In this document: piece after piece, positions 1 to 14,169 of the stretch
Layout: each line of letters starts with the position of its first letter
Position numbering within the stretch: position 1 is the stretch's first letter
Assembly (NCBI RefSeq): GCF_006345805.1
Contig: NC_042997.1
Coordinates: 95,604,001-95,668,000 of the forward strand
Reading direction: 5' to 3'
Source of the DNA: Octopus sinensis
Taxonomy: Eukaryota
DNA: 64,000 nucleotides
Program-made: the position numbers and the translations under genes
The notes under the pieces: generated by a model
The model's input: the letters and a program-made list of their open reading frames with translations, nothing else
Told to the model about the DNA's origin: nothing
The model's database searches: none

Positions 1-300
1 TGGATGTCGAAAACACATGTAATGCTAGAGAAGCCAGCTGAAGAAAGCCAAGATCGAGCGGGCTTAACTGATGAGGCATCAATTGCCGAAACTGACGTCA
101 GTATTAAGAATTCTTGATGGGCATTTTTCGGAGGATTCAGCTCCTTGTTAGTGTATATGTTTTCATTCATTTGCATTAATTACAGCATTGAACACATTAG
201 CTTGTATTTCTAGAAATGTAGTTGTTTCTGAACACCCTAGTCATAGTTAGTGAGAGTTATATATCTCGTATTTGGTGAAACAGTGCAAACTGCTGTTTAT
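1..300 (+). mobile_element. Probable Penelope-like pLTR / non-autonomous repeat carrying the HHR, running into (TA)n
   Basis: HHR at 63-108 followed by an AT-rich tail ending in a (TA)n tract at ~303; 5' end lies outside the window. Confidence 0.5.
63..108 (+). ncRNA. Minimal type I hammerhead ribozyme, canonical core, probably in a PLE pseudo-LTR
   Basis: CTTAA-CTGATGA-GGCA(tcaat)TGCC-GAA-ACTGACGTCAGT-A-TTAAG: stem I CTTAA/TTAAG, core CUGAUGA, stem II GGCA/TGCC, GAAA, palindromic stem III, GUA cleavage triplet. Confidence 0.88.
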
Positions 301-311
301 GTTATATATAT

Positions 312-381
<70 letters not shown>

Positions 382-491
382 TTATTTATTTATAATAAGA
401 GTAGATCGTATACGAGTGGGTATATATTTGTAAAAAAGAAGTTTGGAAAACGCCACTATATTAGATAAATTTTAATTTTCTTATGAATTAT

Positions 492-536
<45 letters not shown>

Positions 537-970
537 GCGCAGGAGGACTTTGTGTAAGAAGCTTGCTTCCCAACCACATGGATCTTGGTTCAGTCCCACT
601 CTGTGGCACCTTGGCCAAGTGTCTTTTGCTATAGCCTCTGGCCGACCACAGTTTGTCAGTCTATTTGGTAGACGGAAACTGAAAGAAGCCCCTTCGTATA
701 TATGCAGATGTATATATATATAATATTATATATATATATATAATATATATATAATATATATATATGCTTTTTATATCTGTGTTTGTGTCCACCATCGCAT
801 GACAACAGATGTTGGTGTGTTTACGTCCCCACAACTCAGTGGTTCGGAAAAACAGACCGATAGAAGTAGTACTGGGATTACAAAGAATAAGTCCTGGGTG
901 GATTTGTTCGAAATAAGGCGGTGCTGTATCATAGCCGAGGTTAAATGACTGAAATAAAAAGAAACAAGAA
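537..970 (+). mobile_element. tRNA-derived SINE family A (internal microsatellite)
   Basis: Head with box-B-like GGTTCAGTCCC, GGCACCTTGGCCAAGTG, GACGGAAACTGAAAGAAGCC, internal (TA)n, then tail GGTGTGTTTACGTCCCC...AATGACTGAAA; same layout recurs about 11 times in the window. Confidence 0.85.
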
Positions 971-982
971 TACATATGTGTG

Positions 983-1017
<35 letters not shown>

Positions 1018-1665
1018 TGTGTGTGTGTGTGTGTGTGTACCAATTTTCTTTTTTTTTTCATTTCAACCGAGATATAAACAGACAAATCTCAGCTTAGCAA
1101 ATGCAGACACATATTTCACCACGGCTTTAAAATGAATCTTAAATCCAAAGACGAAAGGAAATAAACGACTCGTTACGTGCACTTTCTTAGTTCTATTAGT
1201 ACAGAATCCTGCTAAATGGCAAAAAAAAAACAAAATAAACTTATCTAGGTGAGAAACGGGTCACATTATATTTATAGCCTAACCATGCACACAGAGTGCT
1301 AATGGCCTCTCTCTTACCTCTTTATCTTTCTATCTGTCTCCTTTTTGTCCTCGTCTTCCTTGTATCAATCTAACCCTATTGTTAACTCGCAATCAACAAT
1401 ACCCCTGGATCAATGAAGGCTGTTACAGAACTCAATAGTCTCGCAATATACCTACTACCACCTTACTTACACATATTAAGGTATTGGACGCATTTATACA
1501 CATGAAGTCTCATTGTCTATGATATAGATTATCACCACATTTCCCTATGTCATAGGTGCACCATCCTACCAGATTGCAATTGAATATATCATCATAGGTG
1601 CATTTAGCAGAATGCACAAACATTCGGACTAAGTTCCAGCAGAATCTTCCCGTCAAATTTATACT

Positions 1666-2529
1666 TACGTTGCCTGATCAATATATATCCGGACTGTTGC
1701 TATAATAACGAAACTAAAGCTCGGAGAGAAAAGTCGCCTGTCATAGACTCCCCCTGAACACTCTTGTGCATGTCCACTAAGTTGTTTACAGCAGTGCTTG
1801 GAGGAAACGTGTGAAGCGTGTTATCACCGCATTGACCATGACAGTAAGTTGAGCAGAGAATCTGCATAAAATTTTACCAAAAGCTTAGCGATACCTGCTC
1901 AGTGGGCTACGCAAAGTTTTAAAAAAATCTCATCGTTCTCGACACAATCAAAGTGATCTTATGCAACTGAAACCTGAGTGTCTGTTTGGTCAGCCGAAAG
2001 CAGTTTCAGCACAAACGTAGCAGTCACACGTCTCATACCCATATCTTCAGTGATAATGGACTGAACCGAACCATAACTAATCTGCCCATCTTCTGATAAC
2101 ACACGGATGGTGATTCGCAAAATTTCCCTCACACGTACATGCTCATTTGCGATATTTTCCTCAGAACTGCTGGATGCGGGTCTCTCAGAACGTTCGTCAA
2201 TATCCACGTTTCTTCGGCCATCTTGGAAACGTCTGAACCACTCGTACATTTGTGTCCGGCTCATTCACTCCTCTCCATACACTTTCTGCGTAGACGTCTG
2301 ACCTGGTAGCGCCATGACAGCTTTCTCTGTGATGGTCAATGGACCGAATACACGCTACACACTTTCATTCCAAGCAGTGCTGTAAACAGCGGAAGTAAGT
2401 TAGAACATCAAAACGTAGTGCGCATGCACAGCTGTATTGGAGGTCGATCTGTGCCAAGCGGCTTTACTCTGCGTTATTTAGCTTCCTGAATATGGTAACA
2501 GTCCTGATACTTATTACTCAGACCTCGTA
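1666..2529 (-). mobile_element. Non-autonomous mariner derivative with transposase N-terminal (HTH) remnant
   Basis: Imperfect TIRs TACGTTGCCTGATCAATATATATCCGGACTGTTGC / GGTAACAGTCCTGATACTTATTACTCAGACCTCGTA; ORF 2264-1959 MSRTQMYEWFRRFQDGRRNVDIDERSERP...ISYGSVQSIITEDMGMRRV is a typical mariner HTH region. Confidence 0.88.
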
Positions 2530-3556
2530 ATTGGCAGTTTCGTTGCACTTCTTTAATATTCAAAAACTTCATTCCAAACTGAGACTCAGCTCTTTTTACT
2601 AACAAACGAATCCATATACTATTCCACGCCAAGATAATAATCGTCTTAATATTTACATATTGTCTACCACTGCTTTCCATGCTGCGCTCTTTACTCCAAC
2701 ACTCATTCTGAAAAATGATATTTGCGCATACATACACTCTACTCTGTTACTCAAATTTTTAATCGCGATTTTTACAATATATCCAGTTTATATTCTCTCC
2801 CTTTCACTTTCCTAAGTGTTCCTTTTCTCGCTAACAGAAAACCTTTCGGGTATTTTATTCTTTGCATTGAATATGCGTATCTTTGTCTTTACTTCTCTCC
2901 AAAAGCATCAATGAAACTTCATTACGCTATATTGTGATGTGCTTCTAATTCCCCAACGCAGACAAAACGGAATACCATATCTCCCTGGGTGAGGGCTATA
3001 ATATAATCTGCAAGGTAACGGTAAACCGAACCGAAGTGTTTACTGATTTGCAGTTGAGGCTCCTGTTGTCCAATTAGACATGAATATCACAAAATGTATT
3101 ACTGTTTATAAAGATAAAAATCAGTACTAAATGAATACTGAGATGTGTGCCGTTAGACATTAAAAATCGTGTTACGGTCATTGGCTCTGGTTTTAGAAAT
3201 ATTGTTTAGTGTGACGTCTATATCTGCCCGAGGAAACATGAATCGACTCCAAAAAGCTCAGCAAAACATATTGAATACTTGAAAGAAATTTCATGGAAAA
3301 CTTTACAGTATGTACAAAGGCGTTAGCAGTAGCTTTAAAACAAGCTACAATGAAAGGATAAATAGCGAAGCTTGCATTTTCACTTAATACCATTCTGAAA
3401 TGTTTGTCCTTCAGCTAAAGTACGTTCAGCCACTTAAGCAAATGCACCAACATTGTTTATTTCGTGTTTTTAGCTTTTTATTCTCGAGTGTCTATTATGC
3501 GTTTTTCTTATCCCCCATTTAGTCGCTTTAATCTTCCACGGGTTTTTTCTGTAATA

Positions 3557-3601
<45 letters not shown>

Positions 3602-4768
3602 ATATATATATTTATAGCTCTTTATTTCTCTTTCCTTCCAAGCCCCTCATTCTCTTACGTTTTATTTTACTCATAAATAGCGTTCTACTTACATGACCCC
3701 GCGCACATTATTTACTTGCCCTCTGCATGAAGACACAAATACACACTAACACACACAGAGACACACACGCATACACACACACACGAACACACACATACAC
3801 ACACACACGCACACATACATACACGCATACACACACTCACACACTTACACATATGCGTAAACACACATGTATAACATACATCATATATGTATATATATAT
3901 ACATGAGACCATGTTACATATATATTTGTGTTTCTTACTGCTACAAATGAAAGCAAACAGGTGCGCATATACACTCATGTACGCGCTATAAGATTTGCAC
4001 GCGCATGCATATATGTAATCGTATTGAATTTTGTCTTATTTTAGTCTTTACTGATTGTTCTATACATCTTATCTTTTATGTTTACTCTTTCGAACTCATT
4101 CAGCATTCTTGAATTTTAATTCGCTTTTTCCACATTGTTTACATTGTGTGAAAGACCTCTTGTAAGAATACCTACTTTTACCTCTTTATCCGATTTTCTA
4201 TCACTTTTTATCATTCCTTTGTTTCCATTTTGTTATTACTTTTCCATCTTTTTTTCTAACGACTTAACGATCCCCCTCTTTTTTTTTTTATTAGCGCGTT
4301 TGTTATTTATCATGTGATAATGCACATATTCGTTTTTTCTTAGTTTTCTTTCTCCTTATTCCCACTTTCATAAATCCTCGCTTTAAGTCAGCATTTTGGT
4401 TTTGTTTTATTAGTCTTTTACGTGTTGTGGTGTTTATTCGAACTCTTTTCATATTTTGATTTTCCAACAAATGCAACATATGTCGTTTCTCTGATGCTAT
4501 TTCATCCACCGATTTGAACGGCAATATAGATACTATAAACTATAAAACATTTTATTTTCTATTTCTTCTACTAGACGTGTTTTAGTTTTCGGAACATGCG
4601 GCCGTTCTGTCGATATAATTGATATAATCATTTAGCATTTTATATATTTTGGAGATGGAAAACATGTCAGGTATAAACTGATATCATTCACCAAGGAAAT
4701 CTTAGCATGTACTTGCTCATTTATAAACATACAAAAAAAAAAACACCAGAAAATATCAAGATAAAACG

Positions 4769-4950
4769 AGTGGATTATTGTCAGAGTGACTGTAGTGGAT
4801 TATTGTCAGAGTGACTGTAGAGCGTCACACTAACTGACTCCTGTTGTAGAATTTCCTTTTATCGTTGAAATCAAATTTAGGCTGAAAAGGCTTTTCGTGG
4901 GTGCTTAATTATAACTAATATATCGTGGGTGTTTAAATATAACTAATATA
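4769..4950. repeat. Two short tandem duplications (25 bp and 28 bp units)
   Basis: AGTGGATTATTGTCAGAGTGACTGT x2 (4769-4818); TCGTGGGTG(C/T)TTAA(T/A)TATAACTAATATA x2 (4895-4950). Confidence 0.9.
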
Positions 4951-5886
4951 TACAGCGAAATATAAACGTTTCAGTATGACGCATTTATTTTCTGTGCTGG
5001 ATCCCATTTTCTCTTTAAGAAATCATAATCAATCAAGAACAACATATCTGGACTTAGTTTGATAAAATATTTATCAACGCACACCCGACGAATATCTACG
5101 CGTAAAATGAAATATGATTTTCTATTATGATCGAGGAGTTACAGTGGCAAGCATTTCCAAGCGCCGAGCTAAATATCATCTAATATTTAGAAATTGCAAT
5201 CTCCGTACTTCGATTTATTAGTCTAAGCTCAGATATGTGAAATAAATTTATTATCGACTGAAGGCTGTTCTGAAGCTAGGCTGTACTCTCCGCTCTATAA
5301 TAATTGTTCAAACATGCGTCTCATTCGGTACACCATTCCATACTTAAATTTTCAAAATGCAGCTCATGCAATCTGACTAATTGAATCGTTTCGCTTATGT
5401 CATTATACATATATAATTATGCAAACTACCACTACTTTCTCAAATCGTTTGTAACATTTTCTGCAGATAAAAAATCTATAGCTATTCGTCTGTTAGGCTT
5501 AAGATGAATATTCTTTGCTAATGAAGCTCGCTAATACGTTATAAATTGTGGGTTTGTCACCTTCTTCGTGATGAAAATTAAATGCTTTCGCGATGCAGAG
5601 TACATTAAATTTTCTTTGAAATTATAACTTTTTTTGAAATTATTTCCCACTTATTTAAAGTGTCACTGTCAATTGATGGTTTAATTTTGTTTCCTCTCTC
5701 CGAAAAATATATAAATATCAGTTATTTTCAAATAATTTACATACATTTCAGTGCTGACAATATAACTAAATCTTATTTTATAAATAGTTAAAGAGCCCAG
5801 CGTATGACTAGCCAAAAAGCATTTTATACACATAACCGAGCAAAGATAATCGATATCTACTTGCATATCCACATACACACACAAAA

Positions 5887-6318
5887 CGTGGCTGTGCGGT
5901 AAGAAGCTTGCTTACCAGACACATAATACCGGGTTCAGCCCCACTGCGTGGCATCTTGGTCAAGTAGCCTCTACCATAGCCTCGGGCCGACCAAAGCCTT
6001 GTGAGCGGATTTGGTCGACGGAAACTGAAAGAAGCCCCTCGTATATATGTGTAGGTGTGTGTGTGCGCGTACGTGTGTGTATGTATATCTGTGTGTGCGT
6101 ATGTTTGTGAGCCTTTATGCCTGTGTTTGTCACCACCAACACTTGACAACCCTTGTTGGTGTATTTATGTCCCCGTAACTTAGTGTTTCGGTTAAACAGG
6201 CCAATAGAATAAGTACCAGGAATAAAAAAAGAAGTACTCAGATTGATTCATTCGACTAAAAATTCTCCAAGATGGTCCCCAGCATAGCGGTAGCCTAAAG
6301 ACTGAGACACGTAAAACA
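5887..6318 (+). mobile_element. SINE family A copy
   Basis: GTGGCTGTGCGGTAAGAAGCTTGC...GGGTTCAGCCCCACTGCGTGGCATCTTGG...GACGGAAACTGAAAGAAGCC, (TG)n, tail. Confidence 0.85.
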
Positions 6319-6336
6319 TAATATAAAATTTATGTG

Positions 6337-6428
<92 letters not shown>

Positions 6429-9400
6429 AGTGTGTGTGTGTATGCGTGTATGTATATGTATGAAAATGTAAGAAAATGGTTGTCACTCAAGTTTTTCCTT
6501 AAAAAAGACATATTGAAAGGAAATGAGATAAATACAAAGAAGAATATCAGAAATATAAAGTACTGGAAGAATATGGAATGAATGGTAAGCAAAGTAGACA
6601 ACAGGAGCTGCCGGAGAAAGAGTAAAAGAGAAAGGCAGATTAAGAAATAAATAATTTGGAAGAAGAAAAAGAGAAAAAAATGGAGATATATAAATAGAGA
6701 ATACAGAGTTTCGCAGTGAGACTACAATAGTAAGAATGGGGTAAAATAGTGAATTGCTAATGGGCAGCATAGAATATATCTACAATGAACAACAAAAGCA
6801 CATAAGAAACTGGACACAATGGCAAAAAGAAAAAGAATTCAAACAGGCGACTCCTTTCATGAGGAGTCTCCTGTATGTAATTGTGATTTTAGCACGTTTC
6901 CTGTATGATCGCTGTCGTCTTAAGGTGCCAATACTTACAAGAAAAATGCTACTAGTCAATAAAGCAGGAAAGCAACGAATACAGTAAATGCACAGGATCG
7001 AAGGATAAACGTAACTAAGTGTGCACAGAGAATCGGATGGTATTGAGTTATTTCGACTAAATTGTACAACACGCGGGAGAGTTTTCCATTTATGTACGAT
7101 TTAAAAAGTTAAATAATCAATTATTTCAACAGTCAACGATGTTACCGCCGTACAACCCTATCGTGTATAAAACGTGCATTTTTTTTTAAACTCTTGCCAC
7201 ATCTAAGAAAAAAAACAAACAAATTGTACAATTTTTCAAATGCTGATTTTAATTTTCATCACTCTCATAACATTATCTTAATCAATAAAACTCTACACCA
7301 AATTTTCCTTCGCAATTGTTTAAAAGCTATCAATTTCTTCTTAATATGTGACATCATCTTCTCATCCTTCAAGTGCATTTGTATTATAACACCTTTGAAA
7401 CTTTCAGTTATCAAAATGAAAATCAATAGCACCCTTCCCTTGCATTAATTATTATGCAATCCGTTGTATTGAAGACTTGAAAAGTTTGGCTGAAGCCACG
7501 GTAGTTGTGATTAACCGTGTGCTTAGAATATAACGCTAATAAATTTTAAGTAGTATATAGACAGACAGTAGCAGCAATTTCCGTTAATCCACGAAAATGA
7601 CAACGAATATAATATTATCTTCTCGTAAATCCTACTTTAAATTATCTGTAAGATGATCGCAAGTAGAATCAAATTGACACATAGATTTTAATTTTGATAA
7701 AACACAAGGACGACCATACTAAGGCAAACACTTGCGTTCAAACACATTGTTGTCTTCCAAACATTCTCACTAACGAGAACAATTACCTTGTTTGCAAGTT
7801 TAATCTCTTTTGGTAGAGACTTACGTTCGCATATAAGTATACAATCGGCAGTTGCAGCTAAAATTACTACAATAGGCTCTTGTAGGCGCCACTTGTACGA
7901 ACATATGAACTCTTAGACAATGAACTGATGTTTCGAAATATACAACCGTTCAATCAAAATTCCAATTTTGATTAAGGAATGCAAATTTTCGTTCGAAAGC
8001 CAATAATAAATCATTGAAACTGAATGCGATTTTCTTTATTGTCTATAGGCACATGCTGTCAAATAGTCAGGCGATAAGGTAGAAAGATAGAATGAAAATT
8101 CCTTAAACGAGTAAAGCAATTACGACTTCCATTTAAACGAATGCTATGAATCAAAGTGTTTCATGTTAGAATTTGCAGCTTTTCATTTAGCGGAGCTGAA
8201 CCTCCTTCTCTAAAATTATTGTTTCTAGCTCAGTGAAAGTGCTGTTTTATCCCCCGATGATTTTCGAAATCACGATGCAGGATTTATTTTTACTTATTGC
8301 TTATGTCAAAAATATAAATCCTACCTTAAAATCATCAGTTCCAAAGTATCTAGTTGTTCAACGATTTCTTTGTACTTCCACTACTAATAATATTCGATGA
8401 GAGAAGAACATCGGAGCAATCATAATAGAATAATGATGTCGTAAATTGTGTGGCGACGTTTACACATCAATACAGATTATAATTTGAGGGTTTTTAAATC
8501 AAAACAAGCATTCTAAAGACAAAGTATTATTGGAACAGAACCAGTGACGTTGACTACCAGCCAACTCTACGATAACAGTATGTTAGTGAATTAAAATTCT
8601 TCTGTTTCAAATGTTAAGCGCAGATATTGTAAAATGTTAAATGCACATTGATAATATCGGCGCCGGAAACCGTTTATCTGGTCAGTGCACTTACAAATAG
8701 TTTCTTACAAAAATATAGTTAGAACGAAGCTGAGTTTTGAATACTGTATACAAATTTACTTATTATATCACCTTTAAAATAAATTGCTATCAGCAAAGAG
8801 TGTTGAACAAAAAATATTCACATTTCAGTAATTTTCCAACAAAACTGGTCTAAGAGAACGCATATTTTATTTCTGAAGATATGCATAATGCGCAAACTAA
8901 TAATTCATATCAAGCGTTTGGCATATGGAAAAATTATACATCTACAAAAAACGAAAACGGCGTGTAAGTGAAGATACATACATACATAATTACATACATA
9001 TATACATACACACATAACTCTGTGCGTGTGTGTGCATGTATATAATTATATATAAACAGGTAGCAAATTATATGACTTGTTTCTTTTGTTTATAATAGAT
9101 TTTCCCTATATGTGCCCTCTGCACCAAAAACAGGATTACTGTCAAATATATTAGCAAGTACACCAATTAAGTGCGAGTAGACTAGATGGTGATACACTAT
9201 GCTGTGCTCAACAACAGCATCGTGAATCATATATATACATATATATGTGTGAATGCGAGTGTGTGCGTTTGCGTGTTTGCATGCGTGACTGCGTGCGTAT
9301 GTGTGTTGTATTTTGTATGGTGGTAGAAATATTAAGTTTTGAATTAGAACCAGCAGTAATAATGTTAAGATTATCGATGTCACATACTGAATATATGTGT

Positions 9401-9790
9401 TTTATTTATTCACTTTATTACATGTTAGGAATTCATCATATACAGTCGTATATTTCTTAGAAACCCACCGTAGTTTCAATCATGTATTATTGCTAACAAA
9501 TTCATAGAACATTCGAACTTTTGTTATTACAGAGGCATCTATTGAATATTTAAATTTGTATGACTATTTCATGCTTTAAGAAGGTTTTAGTTAAGTGTAT
9601 CCAATATTTTCAATTTCGCTTAAACCTTGTCATTTTTACAAATGAAAACTTTTGAAAAACAGTTAAAACCGGTGTAGTCATTTTATTAAATTTGCTTTAA
9701 GACAGAGGAACATCTTCAACCGCAAAAGTAACTCATCTTTATTCTTCCTGCGTGAATATGAACATATGAACATCCTTTCACCAGATATAC

Positions 9791-9832
<42 letters not shown>

Positions 9833-9845
9833 ATCTATCTATCTA

Positions 9846-9888
<43 letters not shown>

Positions 9889-9897
9889 ATATCTATA

Positions 9898-9958
<61 letters not shown>

Positions 9959-10080
9959 ATATATATATATATATATGTTGTAAAAATAATTGAATTTTCG
10001 TCTATGGAAACCCCATTACCTGCAGAAGCTAAGACCTGAAAACTGTGACTGCAAAATTCCAGTAGTCCAGAAAGTTAAGA

Positions 10081-10415
10081 AGCCCATATCTCATCCCATA
10101 TGATTTTTACCTGTGGAGTTACATAAAAGAGAAAGTGTACAAGACAAAACCTCACATACAGAAGGACTTGAAGACAGGGATTCATGAGGTTCTCAATGAT
10201 ATTCCAGACGATTTCCTTCAGAAGGTTCTTTGTTGCATCCCTGACCGTTTGAGGAAACTGGTGGATGCCACTGGTGCTTACGTAGAAATATGAAGATTTA
10301 CTTTCATTTTCTCATACAATAAAGAATATGTATCATTTGTTTCAATAAATTTGTATGAGGAATATGGATTTTATTACCAATTTTTAATGCCTACTTACTT
10401 TTCAGCCACCCTGTA
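10081..10415 (+). mobile_element. Tc1/mariner 3' fragment (transposase C-terminus plus TIR)
   Basis: In-frame SPYLIPYDFYLWSYIKEKVYKTKP...RLRKLVDATGAYVEI* (SPDLNPxDF.LW motif, stop at 10293); terminus CTTTTCAGCCACCCTG|TA. Confidence 0.85.
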
Positions 10416-10734
10416 TATATACATGAGAGTTCAAGTTATTCGAATAAATTAGGTAATTAGATGGTAAAGCACTAGGTCGGGTTTTAAAAATATGGAAGTC
10501 ATGTATATTACCAAACCAGAGGATCAATTATCTATAGACATAATCATTCCAGCTGTATATGCAATTGACTGCATCCGACTTAGTATATTATGAATCTCAA
10601 GGAATACACATTACACCAACTGTACTGCACTTAAAAGACTATAGATTCACGCTAATAGCATGTTTTTTTATGATTTAAACGTCTTTTATTTATATGTTTT
10701 TTTTTATTTACATGGTTCTTTTATTTACATTGCT

Positions 10735-10847
10735 CCGGGTTCAGTCCCACTGCGTGGCACCTTAGGTAAATGTCTTCTAATATAGCCTCGGGCCGACCAA
10801 AGCCTTATGGGCGGATTTGGCAGACGGAAGCTGAAAGAAGCCCGTCG

Positions 10848-10907
<60 letters not shown>

Positions 10908-11112
10908 TGTGTATGTGTTTGCCCCCCAACATCATTTAACAAACGATGCTGGTGTGTTTACGTCCCCGTAACTTAGCGGTTTGGCAAAAGAGACCGATAG
11001 AATAAGTACTAGGCCTGCAAAGAATAAGTCCTGGGATCGATTTGCTCTAATAAATGCTGTACTCCAGTATGGCCGCAGTCAAATGACTGAAGCAAGTAAA
11101 GAGAGTAAAGAG
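10735..11112 (+). mobile_element. SINE family A copy (5' truncated)
   Basis: CCGGGTTCAGTCCCACTGCGTGGCACC...(TA)n(TG)n...GTCCCCGTAACTTAGCGG...AATGACTGAAGCAAGTAAA. Confidence 0.85.
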
Positions 11113-11777
11113 ATTATATCTTCACTATTTATCGCTTGTATTACTTTCATCCTTTCGTTTTTATCCGTTTTATCTTTATTATATATCTCTTTGTTTAACT
11201 AACTATTTATCTGATATTGAAGGCCACTCATCTTTTATTGTAATTTACTCACTTCCTGTTGACAGTTGATTTTATTTCGTCTATTATTTGACCAGCAATA
11301 TTCATTATGCCATATAAGCCTTCTTCCTACTTCTATGTAAATGAACCAGTTACCTCTCTCTTTATCTACTACCCACATTCCATTCCCGTATTTTAAGGTT
11401 CTTTTTCGATTGAAACGGCTCATACAGCTATAAAATAAAATAAAATGACCTTATCTTAGCTGTCAAGTGTATTACTATTCGAAGAATATAAATAAAAATA
11501 GAATAAATTAACCTATCTCAGAAGTCGGAACATGGTATCAATGTCTCATCCGCTATTTTTATCCTCCACTCACCTCCTTCATTATCTTTTAAGGTCTTTT
11601 GCTAAAACCTTATAGATAAAATAAATTGACCTTATCTTTCAGAAGATGAACCAGATATTATTATACTCTTTCCTCTAATCTTCCTTCTGCTGTAATAGCT
11701 CTACACCTCCCTTCCTGTCACCGTAATGTTTTCCCTATATTAACTACTAGTGTGAAGATGTGAATTCATTCTTTTGC

Positions 11778-12782
11778 GTATTATTGATCAGGGAATCATC
11801 ATGTAGCACAAACAGATGATTTTTAGAATACCTTTTAAAAGTGTAATTCGTGTATATTCTCCAAATGAAGAAGCTTTTTCGCATGATGTAATATCTCAAT
11901 TTTAAAAAAACCCGACTGGAAACAGCTGTAGTGGTTGAATCATTATCTGTCTATTAATGCAAAACATGACATCACAAATAGATGACGTAACATAATTTAC
12001 GGCTGTATCTGATCCGTTGCCAAAATGTTGTCTATAAATAAATGCTTCATAGGACATTGGAATTAAGGTACAGAACTTCAATCGCATAAAAAAACAAACA
12101 AGAGCATACAATATAAACAATGGAAGAAGGAAAAGGAAAGTCAAGACGCCCAATATGGTACAAGAGTGACCTAGTAATGGTGTAGGGAATGCTACAATTT
12201 ATTAAGAGGTAGATGCAATTTAAAGGGAGGTGAGGATGTTTAAAAAAGAGGTTATCAAGGAAATGTATTAAAGGAACATGCTAACATGATTATCAAAGGG
12301 TGGTACATATGCTAACGCAGTAAACTGAAGTAAATGTAAATAATTACCGTGGGGTGCATACGAAAATTATGCTTTTAATATTTTGGGCTTCTAGATTTTT
12401 TTCTGGACCACGTTTTCTTTCCTTTTCCTTCTTCCCTTTGTTTATATTGTATGCTCTTGTTTTTACTCTGATGAAGCTCCGTGCTATAATTCGAATGTCG
12501 TATGAAATGAAGAAATTTATTCTCGCATTTATGGTTCATTCACTACACCTGTTTCCAGTGGGATTTTTAATAGGTGTATTGAGAAATAACATCATACGAA
12601 AGAAGCTTCTGCATTTGGAGAATATACACGAATTACACATTTAAAAGTTATTCTAAAAATCATTTGTTTGTGCTACTCCATGATTCCCTGATCAATAATA
12701 TGCATTTTAGCAACGGATCGGAAACGGCCGTAAGATATGTTACGTCACCTATTTGTTATGCCATGCTTTGTATTAAAAAATA
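11778..12782. repeat. Diverged, rearranged inverted duplication
   Basis: 11778-11943 matches the reverse complement of 12531-12702; 11950-12027 matches 12704-12782; 12035-12140 matches 12415-12520. Confidence 0.8.
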
Positions 12783-13345
12783 AGCTATAAATGTCCTCCA
12801 ATCGATGTGTTGGTTAATTTGAGGTTTTCTCCATTTTCTGATTATTTGCATTGGTTCCGGTTAAATTCTTGTATATACTGCTGTTACCTGCATTCTACGT
12901 GTTTGGTATGCCTACACACCAATGCTCTGGGATAATACGGGTAACATATACCAATAGTGTATACGGATATTTTATCCCTTGGTCGGTTATTATAACTGCT
13001 AACACTTTTACACACACACATACTCTCTATCTCTCTCTCTCTGTCTTTCCATCGGTATATATATTATATAATATATATTTTATATACATATATATAATAG
13101 AAACATGTTTCAAAAAGAAAACTAGAAACTACATGTGGGAAAGATATGGTAATGTTAGAAGAAAAAGCGAAAATGCACATTGGATATAAAAAATGAGAGG
13201 CTTTTTTTATGAAAAGTAACGATAAATATATACAATTAGATATATTAGATATATATACATACATATATACATCCATATACATACAATATATAATATATAT
13301 ATAAATTTAGATAAATAGATAGATAGTAGCATACATATGCACATG

Positions 13346-13424
<79 letters not shown>

Positions 13425-14169
13425 AAGAAAGAAAGAAAGAGGGATCTTTTTAAGCTTTATTCTTTGCAAGTGTCCTTATTTATCGGGAATTTAAGAGAGC
13501 ATTTGAAAATATTTTCACTTTCATATAAATGTGCTGAATAATAAATACGTAAACTACCTTTCTTTCTTTAGCAATATATTTTGATATCCGCGATGCAATA
13601 AGCATCAATATGCTTATAGAGAGAACAAAATATATTAATATAGCCCAGTCATTCACATACTTTTGATTACGACTATATGTAATTACTAATTTATATTTTT
13701 GCAGCAAACGTATCTTGCTATCATTAAAAATCAAAGGTAAACGTGCAGGAGAAACTCGAAGTCGAAATAAAGTGAATTATTTCTTTCATTCTTTAGCTTC
13801 TGTGCGTTTAAATTACGGAAACACCTTTTGCAAGCATTGCTATTCATAAATATATATATTCTAGATATATTTACATCTATTTTTCCCGATTTTATCTCTG
13901 TTTACGCATATAGTACGCTGTATTTGATCTCTTCAAGTTCAAAATTTACATGTGACTCCAAAATTTTCCACCCAAATAATATATTCGGAAGTTTTCATGA
14001 ACCGGAAATGCTAACGCACTCGCACACTCACACACACATACACACACAAGCACACGCACACACCACACTCACAAACACACAAAACACACAAACACACACA
14101 CATATACGCAACACACGTATTGATTGAGAAATATTCTCCATATTTGCTGTAATTAATCACTCTTATATA

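Noticed and set aside
12468-12510. CTGATGA...GAAA as a hammerhead
   Set aside because: No stem II or stem I can form, and the inverted homologue lacks the core.
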